Source of the DNA: Paragordius varius
Taxonomy: Eukaryota > Animalia > Nematomorpha
Assembly: GCA_964247055.1 (NCBI GenBank)
Contig: OZ176056.1
Span: 9,176,001 to 9,240,000, forward strand
Reading direction: 5' to 3'
Length of the DNA stretch: 64,000 nucleotides
Below, in pieces: positions 23,394 through 34,616 of the stretch. The first letter of the stretch is position 1. Each line of letters opens with the position of its first letter. The notes under the pieces are model-generated. The model had not been told where the DNA came from. It ran no database searches and saw nothing but the letters and a program-made list of their open reading frames with translations. A program made the position numbers and the translations under genes.

Positions 23394-23604
23394 TAAAAAT
23401 TGTGTTGAATTTGGTTCATCATCATAATCATGGGCTTGGAGTGGTGGGATCACTAATAATCCGCCCTCTAGTACTTCGAATTTTTGAAGGATTCCTTCTG
23501 TTTGGTGCATCGAATTCAATACAATCATTTGTAACAATCAGGCTTAGAAAAAGCATTAAGAGACCAATCAGGCATTTCATTAAATTCATTAGAAATATAA
23601 ATGT
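23394..23604 (-). other. Putative coding island of unresolved frame
   Basis: GC-richer than its flanks, bounded by a good acceptor (tttttttactaaaacag) and a donor (TTA|gtaatt). No single frame spans it. Confidence 0.35.
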
Positions 23605-25704
23605 CTGTTTTAGTAAAAAAAAATTGTAATTTAGATTAGAAAAATATCTTATTTATAGGTTGTTATGGTATGTAAGCGAAAGGGCACACCTTATCATATT
23701 TTATATTTTTATATAATGATATGCAAAAATAATAAATGTATTCCAGGAAAACTAACTGTTAGATAATGTGTGATATGAGATATAACGTCATACCAAATTT
23801 AGTAAACGATTGACAAAAGAGGATCGCATTGAATATTCACTAAAAATATTTTGGTTTTAGGGCTTATTTCTTTATAAGCTAACATATTTTATAATAAATG
23901 ACTGGCAGGTTTTTAAATATAACTCATCATATTAATTTAACCCAGTTACGTAAGATCAGTAACGAATTTAATCTTAAATAATATGAATATAAATATATAT
24001 TGTTATATTGCAATAAATTACGTATAATAGGTTCTCATATTATCGAGAATATTAATTTCATATAATACAGTTACTTGCGTAATCAATGACGCGTATTTTC
24101 TAAATGGATCTAATTTAGGAATTATTGCTTTCTAAGGACACATATATTTATTTTAATATGCAATCACCTTATTATGTTTTCTTATGGTAATCCGATTTTA
24201 TATATTTCTTATATATTATCTCAAAAATTCAGTAACCAATTTAACAAAATTAAAAATAATAAGAAATATTATCCAAATCCATGTTGGGTAAGTTTTGGGT
24301 AGAGAACAACCGGCCTTCAAAAAAAATTGGTTGCAGGTAAAGAGTAATTAATTTGATTTATTTAAACCAGATTAAAATGCAAATAGTCATATGCATTATA
24401 ATTGTTGCAGAGTTACGCCTTCACCCATATTTTTATTGTCGAAAATTGTAAATGTGAACGCTATTTACGGCAACAAATTTTGGGGTTGAATTTCTAGATC
24501 TAAATTTTCATAATATTTTCTGATTCTTTATGGAATTGTGCTGAGATTTGTGAATGAAATTATTACTTACCCAGGTCGTTTTCGAGATATGGGACTTTTT
24601 CCATATTTAGTTTTATTCAAAATTTTCTCGTATGTAAATATTTTTCGCTAGGTAAACAAGTAATATGTGGCTTATAATAAAAATTTTATCATAGACCACC
24701 AATTTATCTTTAAAATGGAAGAAAATTAACTCAAAATATTCAATACTTTTTGTCCCAGGGAGCAAAAACTTTCAAAAACGGGTAAACCTAACATTTTTTG
24801 ACACAAATATATTTTATAATCTTATTAAATGAAAACAAATTTTAATATAATCATGATGTTAATAATGCATGTTTAATTATAAATATACATTGTGCAATAG
24901 CTTTGTGGACTTTTATATTAAAAAATAAATTTAATTTTAACACCTTTTTTGCTGTTTTTATGTAAAAAATGATTTAATTTACTCAGCTGCATTTAATATG
25001 TTCTTTATTTGATATATTTATTTTACTTATTTTCTACACTTTACTCTATATCAGCTTTTTCATCAGAAAAAATTATTATATACCCAAAAAGTACAAAAAA
25101 TATAATTATCACCCAAGTAAATATATTTAAAAATTTAGGATGCCCGATGGATAAAACTATTGTTTGCCCTATATGTGGACGATACACCAAAAAACTAATA
25201 GTATAAACATTACGCATAAAAAACCATTTTTTTATATTGATTTGGGTCCTGAACAACGTATCTCGGACATGTAGGATTAGTTTAGGAACATGATGCCACA
25301 ATAAGCAGCAGTTTTAATAGGGCCGCAGGTATTATACATTTAATTTAAGGTTAGGAGTCTTTTGAACGATGTGGTGTTTGAATCTAAAATGCAACGCAAA
25401 GAAAAAGATCCATAGGTTGCATTGCGAACTTTTTTTCAAAATTTTTGGGAAATTGAAAAATAACAATTACTTGTAATTAGTTAATCGACTCTTTCTATAG
25501 GATGGGTATGTATGTATGTTATAATACACATGTTATTTAAACATTTATATTCCTTTTTATCCAATATAGGATGACGAATGAATCTAAAGCTACATATGGT
25601 GAATTCCCATTGTAAAGACGCCATCACAGAAAGAGGCGAAAAGATACATTAATTTTTAAAATCTTTCGAAATAACTTATCGAAATAATATAAATTTAATT
25701 TGCG

Positions 25705-25706
<2 letters not shown>

Positions 25707-25741
<35 letters not shown>
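25707..25741. repeat. (TA)n microsatellite in the left foldback arm
   Basis: About 17 TA units; the equivalent position in the right arm (~27020) has only about 5. Confidence 0.9.
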
Positions 25742-25745
<4 letters not shown>

Positions 25746-25864
25746 AATAAATTATTACTTAATTTTACTTTCATTCAAAATCAAGATAGATTATCCGTGT
25801 CTTCCTGACCTAAATATAGACTTTATTTAATATTCATAATTAATTGAAGCATCAAATTACATGT

Positions 25865-26880
25865 TTTCACTCGTGAGAGCGGTCATTTTATACACTTGTC
25901 TCGCCATAGTAGTCTAGCTATGGCGTCTTCTGCATTAAGCTCGTATTCTGCTAGCCCTTTTTACTGTACACCCATTTCGATTTAGGCCGCCCACGTCCTC
26001 GTTTTCCTTCAACTATATGGCAATCAATTATTTTTGCAATATAATTAAAATCTCTCTTTTCAATGTGCCCGAACCAACGTACAGTATTTTTTGACATTCT
26101 TTTCACTATTGGTTCAACATCTGTGCTCCTACGAATAAATCTATTCTCAATTCTATACTTTGTTGTTGCCCGCACATCATCAGTCACGTTGAAATGTCTT
26201 TCTTCTGATTTTTTGACACCCCAGGTCTGTGAAATATACATCAATGTGGGTTGAACAACTGAACTGTATATCTTACCTTTCACTCTAACATCAATATTTC
26301 GATCACATAACACGCTTGAAATTTTCTTCCAATTTATCCAACTGCTCTTTATTTTTAAATTAATATCATCGGTCAACGATCCAACCGAACTTAAATTAGC
26401 CCCAAAATTATGCAAATTTCTTTACCCTTTAAAACCCAACTATCATCAACTAACATTTCATGTGTACCCCCAAAAGTAATAAGTTCGGTTTTTGCTTTGT
26501 TTACTTTCACACCGTATTGATTCAGTATAATGACCCATCTGTTTACCGTTCGCTTTAACTCAGCCAATGAATCAGACAAGATGATTATGTCGTCTGCACA
26601 CATTAACGACCTTGGCTATCTCGTCCATACAAATTATAAACAGTAAGGGGCTGAGTGATGACTTTCGTAGACTCCGTGCTTTATTGAAAAGGGCTCTGAT
26701 AAACCTTGTGGAGTTTTAATCCTGGAGGTGTGAGATTCGTACATTATTTGTAACAACTTGATATAACTTTCTGGGACCTTTTTAAGACGGAGACTTGACC
26801 AAATAGATTATCTAAGAATCCTGTCAAAAGCATCTTCCATCTCAATTAAAACCCCGTGTAACTCTTTCAATGAAAATTAT
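25865..26880 (-). mobile_element. 5'-truncated RTE-clade LINE (RT and C-terminus), frameshifted; same family as 1-1270
   Basis: Motifs KELHGVLIEMEDAFDRIL, SPLLFIICMDEIAK, CADDIIIL (ORF 26391..26603), GSLTDDINLKIKSSWINW...VRWFGHIEKR...RGRGRPKSKW (ORF 25951..26415), and a terminal EDAIARLLWRDK. Confidence 0.9.
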
Positions 26881-28159
26881 ATATTGAATTATACGCAAAT
26901 CCTCATTTAATGTTCCAATTAATTAAAGTGAATATTAAATAAAGTGTATATTTTGGTCAAAAAGATACTAATCTATCTTGATTTTAAATGAAAGTAAAAT
27001 AAAATAATAATTTATTTATTATATATATAATCGCAAATTAAATTTAAATTATTTCGATAGTTTTTTCGAAAGATTCAAAATTGATGTCCCTTTTCGGCTC
27101 TTTTTGTGATGGCGTCTTTGAAAAAAACACACAATTAGAATTCACCATATGTAGCTTTGGATTCATGCGGCATCCTGTATTTTTGGATAAAAAAGAGTAT
27201 AAATGTTCAAATAACATGTGTATTAAACATTACCCATCCTATAGAAAGAGTCGATTAACTAATTCCGGGTAATTGTTATTTTTAAATTTCCTAAAAAAAT
27301 TTGAGAAAAAGTTCGCAATGCACCTATGGCGCTTTTTCTTTGGATTGAATTGGTGTTCGGGGCCTAAATCTAGGTTTCCCATAATATAAAAAAATAGTTT
27401 TTTATGTAAATGGTAATGTTTATACTATAAGTTTTTTTGTGTATTGTCCACATATATGGCAAACAATTTTTTTATCAATCCTAAATTTATAAATATATAT
27501 ATACTTGGGTAATAATTAAATTTTTTTTATAATAATATATTCTTGATAAAAAGGCTGATATAGTGTAACTAGGGTGGAAAATAATTAAAAATATCATATG
27601 AAATAAAGAATATATTATATGCAGCTGAGTAAATTAAATCATTTTTTACATAAAAAAACAGCAAAAAAAGTGTAAAAATTAAAATTTATTTTTAAAATTA
27701 AAGTCCACAAAGCTATTACACAGTGATATTTATAATTAAACAAACATTATTAACACCAAGAACATAAAATAAAATGTGTTTTCATTTAATAAGATGATGA
27801 AAAATATTTGTGTCAAAAAAAGTTAACTTCTCCCGTTTTTGAGGGTTTTTGCCCCCTGTAACAAAATGTATTGAATATTTTGAGTTAATATTTTTTTATA
27901 TTAAAGATAAATTGGTGGTCTATAATAAAATTTGTATTTTAAGCCACATATTATTTGTTTACCTAGCGAAAAAGATTTACAAACGAGAAAATTTTGGATA
28001 TGTCCAAATATGGAAAAAGTCCCATATCTTGAAAACGAGCTGGGTAAGTAAAAAAAATTTTACGCAAATTTGATCACAATACCATAAGGAATCAGAAAAT
28101 ATTATGAAAATAAGCTCCAGAAAATTGACCCCATATTTTGTTGCACAGTGTAATGCTTA

Positions 28160-28440
28160 TCTCTAAGTTACGTAGAGTTCAAGAGGGACTGCGTTCAGCT
28201 TGGTCCTATCAGCGAGATGAAACGTAAACTTCCCCCCGTGCCTGTGTCAATCTTTCCTCCCATGCGCGGTTACAGCGGCACGCCCCACAGCGCTCCTATA
28301 GCATTATGCTAAAAAACAAAGGCATTACAAATGGGGAGCCTAAATTAGTGCATATAGAGTGACACCTTAGACGAAGCGGTACACATCCCGTTAAGCTATA
28401 GGCTATCCGGGATAGATCGCTGCAATCAACGTCAAGCGGC
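28160..28440 (-). mobile_element. GC-rich segment resembling an RTE LINE 5' UTR
   Basis: The minus strand reads GGGAGGAAAGATTGACACAGGCACGGGGGGAAGTTTACGTTTCATCTCGC...GGACCAAG, similar to RTE 5' leaders as recalled. Not verified by alignment. Confidence 0.35.
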
Positions 28441-28929
28441 CGTTTAAATAAATATTTTGGGAGGCTTTAATGCCATTTACCAGCAATCTTTGATTATACA
28501 TTTTTAAATCATCTGTAATTACGTTTTGTGGCTATTTAAATTTAAGACTCTAGACGTCAAAAAGTATAAAATTATAATTTTTTCTAATGGATGAGAACAG
28601 GGCGGTTTCTAAATTTTAGCCAGAACCTTTCTAAACAGCAAATTGTTTACTATTTAAAATCTATGGAACACTTCATTTCATAGCGCACAAAAAATTAAAT
28701 GTAATGAAGTGTACTTTCATGCTAAATTTCACCAGCAAAAACTTGATATATTTGATTTTTTTATTAGCTGTTTGTTTCGATCTAAGGTCTCCTAATTTTT
28801 AAAGTCTATAAAGTATAAGCTTTTTTAATCGAAAACATGAGAAGAATGTTTTCAATTAAATCATATCTTAACAATCGAAACTTTGGTTTATATATAGGGG
28901 TTAAGCATTGAAAAGTGCCAAATTATTAA

Positions 28930-29641
28930 ATGAGCGGTGCGATTTTTGAACCAACTAGTTTTAGAAAGTGTCCTAACCTTTTTTTGGCAATAAATGAAAG
29001 CTTATCGATGCATATTACAGATTTGGAAGGAAACATTCTTCGAACTTTTAAAATGAATTGTTATTTTAAAAAATATATTACGGATGGACCTTTTCTGTGT
29101 AAGATTATTTCTATTTTAGATTGTACTGATTTTAAAGAAAAAACTCATATTATTGATTGTTGGAATGGAAAAGTTATCAAAACACTGGACGGAGATCTGC
29201 AAGACGCCATGTATTTCAAGGGAAAGCATTATGTTGTAACCATCCCAAATAGTAATGACAAGTTGTATTTATATGGAGATGAAATGATCACTATAGTATG
29301 TTTAAATGTAATTTTAGCCTTATTTTGTTTATACCGAATCTACAATATGTCGCTGGGATCCTGATTATGTGTTGCTTTCTGGATATGGTCCAATCCAGAT
29401 ATATTCCGCACCAGTTAAATCGCTCATAGATATGAATATTGGAGGAGAGAATGTTATCAGTGGATATAATAACCATTTGTTTTTAGCTCTTGTATATCCT
29501 TTTGCTGAATTGTTTTCTCTGGTTTCTTATGATGGAAATCCTAAAACAATTGACAACCAAGAGAGGCGTGCCAATCATCAATTCTCAAAACATGATGATA
29601 ATGTTTTGGTTCAACTCACAAAGACAAAACTGAAACATTAA
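28930..29641 (+). CDS. Uncharacterised protein, possibly beta-propeller-like, 5' part (introns 29099-29119 and 29296-29317)
   Basis: ORFs 28930..29364 and 29369..29641 join in frame via the 22-nt intron GTATGTTTAAATGTAATTTTAG (…EMITI|PYFVYTES…). A 21-nt in-frame intron, GTAAGATTATTTCTATTTTAG, gives GPFLYCTD. Repeating beta-strand-like segments include HITDLEGNILRTF and HIIDCWNGKVIKTL. Confidence 0.65.
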
Positions 29642-29942
29642 ATTTTGAGGATAAAAGGTTTTATAAATTTATAAGCATATTTTTAAACCCTGATTTTTTA
29701 AAAATTTTAAACTCATTGACTTTTAAAATTTGAATTATATTTTTTGCTGGTTGCCTTTAAAAAAAGTATCTCACAATTTTTATGTTTCTACTGTAAAATT
29801 ATAAAGACAAATCGTAAAAATCAGAAGTACAACATAATAAGCGTATTTATTAATCCTTTATTTCATTCATTATAACCATATTGTTTTATGTTTCATGAGG
29901 GAACTAATAATTCGTGTTTACCCTATTATATATATATATTAG

Positions 29943-30215
29943 CAGTAAAAATTGAAAGTATACGGACAAAACATAAAATTATTAAAACAGTTTTTTTCCA
30001 AAAGACAACTATACTTTTTAAATCTTGATTTTTTTAAATATATTCATTGTTTTTTTTCTAAACTGCAAAGTAAATTGATTTGTAAATTGGTAAAACATTT
30101 TTTTTACGATTGTAATTAAATGTTTTCCATATGATAAATTAAAAAATCGTGGTTTTTGAAAAAAAATATTTGTCTTTATATTTTACGTTTTGTCCGTATA
30201 ATATCAATTGTTACT
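29943..30215. mobile_element. MITE family A copy (CAGT...ACT ends, TA-like flanks)
   Basis: CAGTAAAAATTGAAAGTATACGGACAAAAC ... GTTTTGTCCGTATAATATCAATTGTTACT. Confidence 0.8.
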
Positions 30216-30554
30216 ATATATATCCAAATTAGAATCTTAAATGTTATATGAAAATAATGGTTTAAATAAGTATAACTTGCCTTGTTATTATAATTAATAC
30301 TTTGCATTTACTCGCTATTTTAGGTAACTAAAATACCCCTTTCCTTGCCGCCTTTTAAGAAAATATTATATGATTAAAAATATTTTTATACATTAGCATA
30401 CCATTAACACTTTTGTGGCTGAAATTTTTTTGCCGACTATTAAGGACAAAACGTCAGTAATAAGAATAATATTTAATCAAAACAAGGCACAATTTTTGTA
30501 AAACCTTGCTATTCTTACATAAACTATGTATTTAATTTTGAAAGATTTAGTTAA

Positions 30555-30765
30555 AATTGAAATTATACGGACAAAAGGTAAAACTATGAAGACAAATTTT
30601 TATTTAACAGATTTTGTTAATAACTCCTGTTTAATACAGTAATGTAAATTGGCAACACAATCAATTATCTATTTTACTATTATAATTAAATATTATTATA
30701 GGATAAATTAGGGTTAAAAAAGTATTGTTGTTATATTTCTACATTTTGTCCGTCTGTGATTGATA
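30555..30765. mobile_element. MITE family A copy, degraded
   Basis: AAAATTGAAATTATACGGACAAAAGG ... CATTTTGTCCGTC. Confidence 0.6.
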
Positions 30766-30882
30766 ATTGACTCGTCAATTTACTAATTCTAATATCGCAA
30801 AACAAAACGCTATATTGTAACATTTAAGGATTGTTTCAAAACTATGACTGTATATCATAAAAATATTTTTATCATGTATTAG

Positions 30883-31141
30883 CGTGAGGAAATATGAAAG
30901 TGATGAAGTTTTTTCGCAAGATTTATTCCTTCCGCATTCATACAATGTTGCATTACTAAGTCTCGCTGCAAATGAGAACGAGGATTATAAAGTGTATCAA
31001 CACAAAATTCTTCTTTTTGATTTGGGGCAAGAGGGCGATTTCGTGCTGCCTGAGCGAATAGTTTTACCAGTTATTCAACCAGAAGGGAGGCCAATGTTTG
31101 CTCCCAAATATATTTTGATGGAAAAGACTGGCAGGGAATAA
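30883..31141 (+). CDS. Probable terminal exon of the 28930 gene
   Basis: Acceptor atcatgtattag|C (phase 2). Encodes VRKYESDEVFSQDLFLPHSYNVALLSL...KTGRE*, with coding-like composition. Confidence 0.6.
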
Positions 31142-31149
31142 CGATTGAA

Positions 31150-31425
31150 ATTTATATACGGACACAACGTAAAAAATATAAAGACAAATATTTTTATTTG
31201 TAAAAAAACGTTGTACTTAAACTCGACTTTTTTCGAATACAAGTCATTGTTTTAAATTGCAATGTTAAGTAGAGATGCATTATTGGTAAATAAGATATTT
31301 TACAATTACATTTAAATAAATTATATAGAAAAATAAAGTTTAAATAAGCATGGTTGTGTTTTGGAAAAAAAATATTTGTCTATATATTTTTACGTTCTGT
31401 CCGTATAATTTCATATTTTACTGTA
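31150..31425. mobile_element. MITE family A copy
   Basis: TATACGGACACAACGTAAAAAATATAAAGACAAATATTTTT ... TATTTGTCTATATATTTTTACGTTCTGTCCGTATAATTTCATATTTTACTG-TA. Confidence 0.8.
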
Positions 31426-32799
31426 TTTACTTTAGTAGCAATTTATTATATTGGGTCAATAATTAGCTAAAGTTTATATTAATATAGTATACTATTTACA
31501 CTTCAAATTCACCCACAAACATTTCTAATTATCCCTAAAATGAATTATGCGTTTTTATGTAATCCAAATTATTATTGTGATATACTTCATATTTTGGGTA
31601 GAGTATAAACAAAGATTTATTTTTTGAAAATTATAGGCATAATTTTTAGGTTTAATTTGAAATGTTCTATAAAGAATTTGCACTGTATGAATATATGGAA
31701 AATATATTTTTGTAAAAATATAGTCCTTTATTTTATACCATAATAAATGTTTTATTAGAGACATATTTTATAGAAAATTGCATTTTAACGGTAAATAGTT
31801 TTGATGTGAATTGTTATTTCCCACTTGCCCTTGTCAGAAATCTTTGCAAAGTTGATATTTTTCACAACATTCGAAAAATTCAATTATTTTGCCAGACTTT
31901 GTTGCCCAATCGAAAATTAATTAAAATACTCTGTATTGCAAAGCAATAAAATATGCAGTAAAAATTGAATTTATACAGTCAATTTAATAAATCATCAATA
32001 GAGATGCTAATATTATAATACATTCATTTATAATATATAATTAACTCTGCGAATCCAGTTTTGAATAACTATTATTGTATTTTATAAAATATATATGTTA
32101 GTTTGTAACTCTATTGTATGAAATTTTGATGTACTCCGACAGCATGTTACTTGGTGGATGCTACACATAAATAGAAAACTATTCTGAACTAAAAAGTATC
32201 CAATATTTTTTAGTCGTGTTAATATGCCTACTGTACCTCAAAAATTACCCAGATGTAATTATATATATTTTGATAGTAAGTTGTATTAGGATTATAATGC
32301 TACTTTTGGTTTTAGTCTCTACGACTTATATAAGAAAGTTATTCACACTTTTGAAGCAAGTGCTCATATCAAATGACGAAATTTGCCCACATTGTGTTAA
32401 ATATAATTTTTTTAAAGGTAGTTGGTTCATTGCAAATTAAATAAATTATAAACTACATATAAAAGCAAAACAATATTTTAAAAAAATTTAATTTTTAAAT
32501 TTAGACTGAAAAATCCCAAATTTTATTGCTCTTCTAAAATGGGCTACTTCTCTTAAAATAAACGCAAAAACGCCTTGCGCGCGATAAAAATATGATAAAT
32601 TTTGACATCAAATATAAATATTTTTTAAAAGGGCATTTTAATTTAATTTGTTGCGTTCTACATACTATTTTAAGGTGCTTTATTATATAAACACTTTTTC
32701 TGTATAATTTGATGATATTAAACATGGAAAATTTAGAGCTTCGTTTGCTTTCAAATTTTGGTGCATTTGTAAAAAATATAAAATCCCTAACATATTTCT

Positions 32800-32950
32800 A
32801 AAAACTCGAATATTTTAATAATTCTGAGAATGGAAATGCCAAGAAAAGTGTGTTTTTATAATATCTTAAAACGGTACACCGTTTCGATCATGCCTCAATA
32901 GTATAAAGTATGCTACAATAAAATGTTAAAATTTAATTTTAGAAAAAAGT
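32800..32950. mobile_element. Fragment of MITE family B
   Basis: ATAATATCTTAAAACGGT..ACCGTTTCGATCATGCCTCAA is the reverse complement of the family motif TTGAGGCATGATGTAAACGGCAT...TAAGATATT (~3447-3490). Confidence 0.5.
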
Positions 32951-34374
32951 TTTGCATGGTTACACCGGTAGGAAGCCGAGTAGTCTTCGACTAAACAGAT
33001 GATGATAAACAAATTAGAGTACATACCTCGCTCGATAGTTTTGACCTTTATTTTTAACAATTCTCATCATTGATCAAAATTTCAAATACGCTTCATATAG
33101 CGATTAATTCCGGCGGTTAGAGCATCGGTATCAAGTCGAGTAAACAGATAATGGTATTCAAATTTATATATCACAATCTCCTGAATGATTCAGCTAACAG
33201 TTAAATTATTAATCAAACAAAAGAACTTGAGACGGCAGGATATATATCAAGTTACTCAATAAAATACTTTTCTATAAAAACCACACGATGAAATTAAAAT
33301 TCCTGGGAAGATTATTTGATAACAATAATTAGTATATTTTTTTATTCGGTCTCAAGATTATATATTTTGCCCATCTCAATATATTATATTACTGCCATGT
33401 ATAAAAAGAAAATATTTATCAAGACGTTAGTAGTCTAATATTCATTAAAATTATTTAAAATTATGTTTAATTATAAAAATTTATTGGTAATACAACATTT
33501 TCACTAGTTTACCATCAAAATGAATGGCCAATATTGTAAATTTTGTCGACATACTATTTTTTAAAATAAATATTATTTGATAACTTTCTCTTATTGGATT
33601 TGATTGAAACGAAAAACATGTTGACACTTTTTTGTAAATTATATTTATATATGCTATAATTATATATTGTACAAACCTAAAACTCACCTAATAATATATA
33701 TTAGCCACTTTTGAGCCTCGACTGGGGATACTGATTGTTAATAAAACCTAATATGGGCGGCTATGAGTTCAATAATGAATTATCACAAAGTCTGTTAAAT
33801 CAAGTCACCGTGTTATATATAATTTTGTAAAATTTCATAATACTAATTAAACTGGTTTTTAATTTAAAACATATGCTATCTGTGGGTTATTTGATAAATC
33901 AGTAATACCGCGATTCCACACTAAAATTTAATAAAATTTTGCATAATCTTTAGTTAAAACCGTCTTTTTCACTTGCTATCGACCAAAACACTATAGATCT
34001 TTATTAAATAAATAATTTTATTTTAAGGGGTTAGAAGAGATTTGTACCAAAACAAAAATAACAATATCCCTAATTATTTACGTTTACTTTTCATTCTCCA
34101 TTTTTTACAATCTTAAAAATGTTAAATAGTTTTTATAGAGTACTTTAAAATATATGCGAGAGCGCTATTAACTATCTTGATCGTAAATGTATTCACGATA
34201 ACAATGCAGACTTACACTATTTAGACCGCAAGCCACTAGTCAAGTGTGCTAGCTATTAATTAACTTATAATCACATCCCAAGATTTTTTTATTTAATCAT
34301 GATATTAAACCTAAAACTTCCATTTATAAAACCCAGACTGGTATTTATTAAATTTATGTAGCATTACGTATCAA

Positions 34375-34616
34375 TAGAGGCGTGGCTTGCATTCTCGGTG
34401 CATGAATTCGTGATGCCGCCCCCTTCCATGCAACGCCTGCATTTTGCTGTAATCAAATTTAAACCGTACTCATAAATGGGTGATTTTTTATATATTATTT
34501 AAAAAAATAACTTTTAATTAACTATTTTCTTAAAATAAAATTGAAAAAATCCGGCGTCCCTTTTACTATGGCGCCAGGTCCATCAATCTCCTTATCCCCC
34601 ATTAATTACACCTCTG
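34375..34616. mobile_element. 242-bp hAT-type MITE with a perfect 8-bp target-site duplication
   Basis: CGTATCAA at 34367-34374 and 34617-34624 flanks TAGAGGCGT... and ...TTACACCTCTG. An 8-bp TSD is characteristic of the hAT superfamily. Confidence 0.75.

Larger units (their letters stand above)
24468..28150. mobile_element. Large foldback element: ~1.3-kb inverted arms (24468-25858 and ~26905-28150) around a LINE fragment
   Basis: Arm-to-arm reverse-complement matches throughout, e.g. GATATGGGACTTTTTCCATATTT (~24586) vs AAATATGGAAAAAGTCCCATATC (~28006), and TTAATCGACTCTTTCTATAGGATGGGTA (~25481) vs TACCCATCCTATAGAAAGAGTCGATTAA (~27231). The right end reads TTTTGTTGCACAGTG-TA. Confidence 0.85.

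Noticed and set aside
25902-25925. Hairpin CGCCATAG-TAGTCTAG-CTATGGCG as a terminator or Helitron end
   Set aside because: It lies within the LINE C-terminal coding remnant (EDAIARLLWR on the minus strand); probably incidental.
28160-28440. GC-rich island as a structured ncRNA (snRNA, SRP, RNase P/MRP)
   Set aside because: No recognisable conserved motifs on either strand, and it resembles a LINE leader more. An Infernal/Rfam scan would be decisive.
31790-31930. Minus-strand peptide-like stretches (FDWATKSGKIIEFFECCEK; SNVVKNINFAKISDKGKWEITIHIK)
   Set aside because: Two short frames with no consistent splice sites and no recognisable family.
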